DNA of 56,745 bases, from positions 1 through 56,745 of IMG/VR virus record IMGVR_UViG_3300010400_000008; one strand, 5' to 3'. The first letter of the stretch is position 1. Every line of letters begins with the position of its first letter. A program made the translations under genes and the position numbers. This DNA is from a virus (lineage: Duplodnaviria > Caudoviricetes). The notes below the pieces were generated by a model. The model was given only the letters and a program-made list of their open reading frames with translations. It searched no databases and was not told the DNA's origin. Positions 52,552 to 56,745 of this stretch are shown piece by piece.

Positions 52552-54206
52552 GTGACCCGACCGCCACCCCCGATTTTCACGGCATCATCGAGTCGCAGTC
52601 CTTTGCGATCGAGGAGCTGACCGAGCGCCTGGCCGAGCTGGAGCTTGCGCTGGAGGATGTCGGCTACGAGCGCCTGGGCGACAATGGCCGCGAGTTCAGC
52701 GCCGCTGCACGACTGCGGATCGTAGAGATGGCGCGGCTCATGGCGCTCAAAAACCCGCTGATCAAGCGCGGTATCGCCGTCCAGGTGTTCTACGTCTGGG
52801 GCCAGGGCGTGACGATCAAGGCCGCCGACGACCGGATTAACGATGTGGTGCAGGCCTTCCTCGACGACGAGAAGAACCAGGCCGAGTTGACCAGCCACCA
52901 GGCGCGCGAGCAGAAGGAGCGCGAGCTCCAGGCCGATGGCGAGATCTTCTTTGTGCTCTTCCCCAACGCCAACACCGGCCGCGTGCGCGTGCGCTCGATC
53001 CCGGTCCAAGAGATCGCCGACATCATCACTGACCCAGAGGACGCCAAGTCCCCGCGCTACTACAAGCGCGTGTGGCAAAGCACCGAGATCAACCCCACGA
53101 CTGGGCGGATGAAAACCAGCCAGCAAACCGTCTACTACCCCGACTGGCGCTACACCCCGAAAACAAAACCCACGACCATCGGTCGCCACAAGGTCGCCTG
53201 GGAGACCCCGATCTACCATATTAAGGTCGGTGGGTTCAGTGACTGGAAGCGCGGCGTCAGCGAGGTCTACGCGGCCATCGACTGGGCACGGGCGTACAAA
53301 GAGTTTATGGAGGACTGGGCGACCTTAACCCGCGCGCTCAGCCGCTACGCCTGGAAGATCGCGACCAAGGGCGGCAAGCGCGGGGTGGCAGCCGCCAAAG
53401 ACCGCCTCGGTACCACGCTGGGGGGTAGCGCAGCCCTCGGCCCGGACACCAACCCGCCGGCGACCGTGGGCGCAACCTGGATCGGCGCCGAAGGCAACGA
53501 CATCCAGCCGATGCGCACCGCCGGCGCCACCGTCTCGATGGAGGATGGCCGGCGCTTGCAGCTCATGGTCAGCGCGGCACAGGGCCTCCCTGAGACGTTC
53601 TACGGCGGCGTGAAAGAGGGCTCGCTCGCCACCGCCAGCAGCCTCGACCGGCCGACCGAGCTCATGATGCGCAGCCGCCAGACGCTCTGGCAGGCGATCT
53701 ACACCGCACTCCTGGGCTATGCGGTGCTCTGGGCAGTCAAGGCCATCTCCGGGCCGCTGCGCGGGCTGGCGACGGTAATCAAGGAGCCCGACGGCGATGA
53801 GTATAGCGAAATCCTGACGTGGAAGACGGAGACGGTCGAGGGTGACGACGGCACAACTACCACGCAGGAGATTAATCACCGCGTCGACGTGACCTTCCCC
53901 GCGATCGTGGCGGCCGACCGCAAGGCTGACGTGGAGGCCGTGGTCCAGGCAGACACGCTGGGTGGCAAGCCCGGAGTCACCTTCGATCGCAAGACGCGGC
54001 TCCGGCTGCTTTTGCAGGCGCTCGGCATCCCCGATGTCGATGCCGTGATGGACGAGGTGCTGGAGGCGCTGGACAAAGAAGCAGAGCAGGCCGCTGCGGT
54101 CGCGGCTGAGCAGGCCAAGCAGGCCGCCCAGGCCGCAGCGGTGCCGCCTGCACCAGCGCCTGGCGAGCAACCGCCACCAACCGTTACCCAGAAACAGGAG
54201 ACCTAA
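52548..54206 (+). CDS. Portal protein
   Basis: 552 aa after terL; NPLIKR, DGEIFF, RGVSEVY motifs. Confidence 0.85.
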   Translation: MSDPTATPDFHGIIESQSFAIEELTERLAELELALEDVGYERLGDNGREFSAAARLRIVEMARLMALKNPLIKRGIAVQVFYVWGQGVTIKAADDRINDVVQAFLDDEKNQAELTSHQAREQKERELQADGEIFFVLFPNANTGRVRVRSIPVQEIADIITDPEDAKSPRYYKRVWQSTEINPTTGRMKTSQQTVYYPDWRYTPKTKPTTIGRHKVAWETPIYHIKVGGFSDWKRGVSEVYAAIDWARAYKEFMEDWATLTRALSRYAWKIATKGGKRGVAAAKDRLGTTLGGSAALGPDTNPPATVGATWIGAEGNDIQPMRTAGATVSMEDGRRLQLMVSAAQGLPETFYGGVKEGSLATASSLDRPTELMMRSRQTLWQAIYTALLGYAVLWAVKAISGPLRGLATVIKEPDGDEYSEILTWKTETVEGDDGTTTTQEINHRVDVTFPAIVAADRKADVEAVVQADTLGGKPGVTFDRKTRLRLLLQALGIPDVDAVMDEVLEALDKEAEQAAAVAAEQAKQAAQAAAVPPAPAPGEQPPPTVTQKQET

Positions 54207-54208
54207 CT

Positions 54209-55702
54209 ATGTGGGACCGATTCATCGGCTTCTTGACGGGCCTGAGCGAGGCCGGTAAGACGGTCAGCGCCAAGAACGCAGCGAAGCTCAAGGCCATCCA
54301 CGACCACAGCGCGGCCATGCTCAGCATGGAGTGCGCACCGGGCCTGACCGAGGCCAGCCGTGCCCGCCTGGAAGAGGCCGCGCGCAGCTATAGCGATACC
54401 GAGCAGCTGCTGCGCAACGCGCTCCAGAGCATGTTGTCCAGCGGCTGCTCCTGCTACCTCTGCGACACCTGGGATGACGCGGTGGTCTACCGCGTGTATG
54501 ACGAGGGCGATGGGCCATCCCGGCTCTACAAGCGTTCCTACACGATCGGCGAGGATAACACCGTCGCATTCGGCGATCCGATCGAGGTCGCGCTCACGAC
54601 CAGCTACGAGCCCGTTGGCAGCCAGGCGGCGGCGGTGAGCGAGGCGAAGACCACACCGGCGGCCACGAGCGCCCCGCTGCTCCAGCTGCGCGAAGCGGAC
54701 GCGATCCCGCTCGTCGAGGCCGCGCTCCGCGAGGACGGCACGGTGCCGATCAAGATCATTGCGCCCGGCTGGGGCAGCTCCGCCTACTACCCCGCCGATG
54801 TGCTCAAGCGCGATGGCCCGAAGCTGTTCAAGGCCGGCACGCATACCTACTGGAACCACCCCACGCTCACGGAGTCGGTCGAGCGGCCCGAGCGCGATCT
54901 CACCTATCTGGCCGGCGCGCTGGCCACGGATGCCACCTGGCAGGACGAAGGCCCGGACGGGCCGGGGCTCTATGCCGATACCTTTGTGAAAGAGGCCTAC
55001 CGGCAGGACGTGGGCGACCTGGCGCCGCACATCGGCATGTCGATCTCGGCCGCCGGCTATGCCACCGAGGGCGAGAAGGACGGCCGCACGGGCAAGATCC
55101 TGACCGGCTTCCTGCTCGACGAGCACGCGCCCGCATCGGTCGACTATGTGACCCGCGCCGGCGCCGGTGGCAAGATCATCGCCCTCTTTGAGTCCGCCGG
55201 CGGCCGCGCCGCCCCCATCAGCCCCCCACAGGAGAACGACATGACACTGGCCGAGCTAGAGCAGCGCCTGAAAGCGCTAGAGACCGAGAACAAGACCTTG
55301 CGCGAGGCGGCCGACCTCCGCACCGCCGAGACGGCGCGCTACCGCGAAGCCGACGTGCTGCGGCGCGTCGCGGATGTGGTGCGCGAGGAGCTGGCCGAGC
55401 CTGAACTGCTGGACATGACCCGTACCCGCCTGGCCGAGCAGGCAGTCAAGAACCCCCCGATCGCGGCCGGTGTGCTGGACGAGGCGAAGCTGCGCGAGCG
55501 CGTGCAGGATCTGGTCCGGCATGAACTGGCCTATCTGGCGACGGTCAGTGGGAGCGGCCGCATCACCGGCATGGGCGGCAGCCCGCCCCCCGCGCAGGAG
55601 CTGAGCGAGGCCGATCGCCAGGCCCAGCGCGAGGCCAAGTTCCAGGCGATCGGGCTCTCCGAGACCGCCGCCAAGACCGCCGCCAAAGGCCGCGCCCGCT
55701 AG
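54209..55702 (+). CDS. Prohead protease/scaffold protein
   Basis: YYPADVL, YWNHP, IGMSI, SVDYVTRAGAGG, then a coiled-coil C-terminus. Confidence 0.75.
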   Translation: MWDRFIGFLTGLSEAGKTVSAKNAAKLKAIHDHSAAMLSMECAPGLTEASRARLEEAARSYSDTEQLLRNALQSMLSSGCSCYLCDTWDDAVVYRVYDEGDGPSRLYKRSYTIGEDNTVAFGDPIEVALTTSYEPVGSQAAAVSEAKTTPAATSAPLLQLREADAIPLVEAALREDGTVPIKIIAPGWGSSAYYPADVLKRDGPKLFKAGTHTYWNHPTLTESVERPERDLTYLAGALATDATWQDEGPDGPGLYADTFVKEAYRQDVGDLAPHIGMSISAAGYATEGEKDGRTGKILTGFLLDEHAPASVDYVTRAGAGGKIIALFESAGGRAAPISPPQENDMTLAELEQRLKALETENKTLREAADLRTAETARYREADVLRRVADVVREELAEPELLDMTRTRLAEQAVKNPPIAAGVLDEAKLRERVQDLVRHELAYLATVSGSGRITGMGGSPPPAQELSEADRQAQREAKFQAIGLSETAAKTAAKGRAR

Positions 55703-55776
55703 CCCCAGACCCCCGACGACCCGCCACGCGGGCGCACCCCACGCGCCCCTAGCCCCCACAGGGAGGCACATCCCCC

Positions 55777-56745
55777 ATGGCCACCAACGAGATCTATGAC
55801 TCCTACCACCTGCCGGTCATCTGCTCGAATCCGACCACGCCCACCAGCGGCAGCCCGGTGCGCTTTGGCGCGCTGACCGGCGTGGCACTCACCGACGAGG
55901 ATGCCGACGGTATCACCGTGGTCGACTTTGGCCCGCGCACCTGGGATCTGAGCGTGAAGGGCGTCAACGACAGCGGCAACAGCGCCGTAGCCGTCGGCGA
56001 CGCGCTCTTCTACGTGGACGCCGACACGCCGCACCTGAGCAAGAAGTCGAGCGGCTATTTCTTCGGCAATGCTCTGGAAGCGGTCGATAGCGCTGCGACC
56101 GCGACGATTAACGTGTTCCATAGCCCATCGCCGGGCGCGGGCACGCTGGGAGCCGGCACGGTCGGCTCGACCAACCTGGCGAGCGACGCGGTGACGACGG
56201 TCAAGATCGCCGACGCGCAGGTGACAGCGGCCAAGCTCACGACCACCATGGCCACCGGCTATATCCCGCTGCCGCTGACTGCGTTCCGCCTGATCGCGAC
56301 CAACGATATCGCGGCGAAGAACGCCGCAGACGGCGGCACGATCTCGCTCGACACCGACCCGACCCTGAAGCGGGTCAACGGCGCCACCGACAAGCAGCTG
56401 CGCATCGCCTGGGCGGCGGCGTCGGTCGTGCCGATCACCGTCGAGTTCGCCTACCCGCCCGATCTGGACGACACCGCCGCTTTGGTGGTCAATGTCCTCG
56501 CCGGCATGGCTGGCGCCTCCGACACGCCGGTGCTGACCGTGGCCTACTTCGAGGGAGTCGGCGACACCAACGCCGGCGGCAACACCGCCGCGCTGGCCGC
56601 CGCCGTCGCGCAGAAGACGGTTACGATCGCCGCCTCCGACGTGGGCGCCTACCCCAAGGCCGCCACGATCGAGATTCTGCCGGGCACGCATGCCACCGAC
56701 GCGGTCTACCTCTACGCCGCCTGGATCACCTACACCCGCAAGTAG
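55777..56745 (+). CDS. Capsid cement/decoration protein (DUF2190-like) with C-terminal extension
   Basis: SGSPVRFGALTGVALTD..AVGDALFY..FFGNALEA; GGAGG RBS; precedes the capsid gene on the circle. Confidence 0.7.
   Translation: MATNEIYDSYHLPVICSNPTTPTSGSPVRFGALTGVALTDEDADGITVVDFGPRTWDLSVKGVNDSGNSAVAVGDALFYVDADTPHLSKKSSGYFFGNALEAVDSAATATINVFHSPSPGAGTLGAGTVGSTNLASDAVTTVKIADAQVTAAKLTTTMATGYIPLPLTAFRLIATNDIAAKNAADGGTISLDTDPTLKRVNGATDKQLRIAWAAASVVPITVEFAYPPDLDDTAALVVNVLAGMAGASDTPVLTVAYFEGVGDTNAGGNTAALAAAVAQKTVTIAASDVGAYPKAATIEILPGTHATDAVYLYAAWITYTRK
56623..56745 (+). repeat. Terminal direct repeat (copy 2)
   Basis: Identical to 1-123. Confidence 0.95.

Larger units (their letters stand above)
1..56745. 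mobile_element. Complete temperate tailed phage genome (siphovirus-like), circular assembly
   Basis: Full packaging, head, tail, lysis, replication, repressor and recombinase modules; ends overlap by 123 bp. Confidence 0.95.

Overview
The window is a complete, circularly assembled, very GC-rich tailed-phage genome. Bases 1-123 are identical to 56623-56745, so the unit length is 56,622 bp. The virion is siphovirus-like: terminase, portal, protease/scaffold, DUF2190-like cement, Mu gpT-like capsid, tail tube, chaperones, tape measure, hub and fiber, with no sheath gene. A long leftward early/replication block (about 16.4-33.5 kb) holds a Rep with 23-bp iterons, a DnaC-like loader, a Dam-type methylase, a giant ParB-like protein, a GT87-like glycosyltransferase and a HAD phosphatase. 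There are also two tyrosine recombinases, two HNH genes, an XRE repressor with mirror-image divergent promoters, a two-enzyme lysis module and an initiator-type tRNA-Met. The style of the repressor and recombinases and the heptamer repeats suggest a filamentous Chloroflexia host; this is inference, not a search result. The most interesting unexplained structure is mostly non-coding or intragenic. (1) Two adjacent membrane-anchored HTH/winged-helix genes carry dense oriented TTCGCG arrays conserved across reading frames, a possible membrane-tethering or spreading system. (2) At least six counter-oriented promoter plus structured small-RNA modules sit on gene leaders. (3) Two families of dispersed long palindromes resemble parS or recombination sites. 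(4) An autoregulated four-gene operon has counter-defence-like architecture. All product calls come from motif recognition by eye, and start codons were adjusted by RBS inspection.
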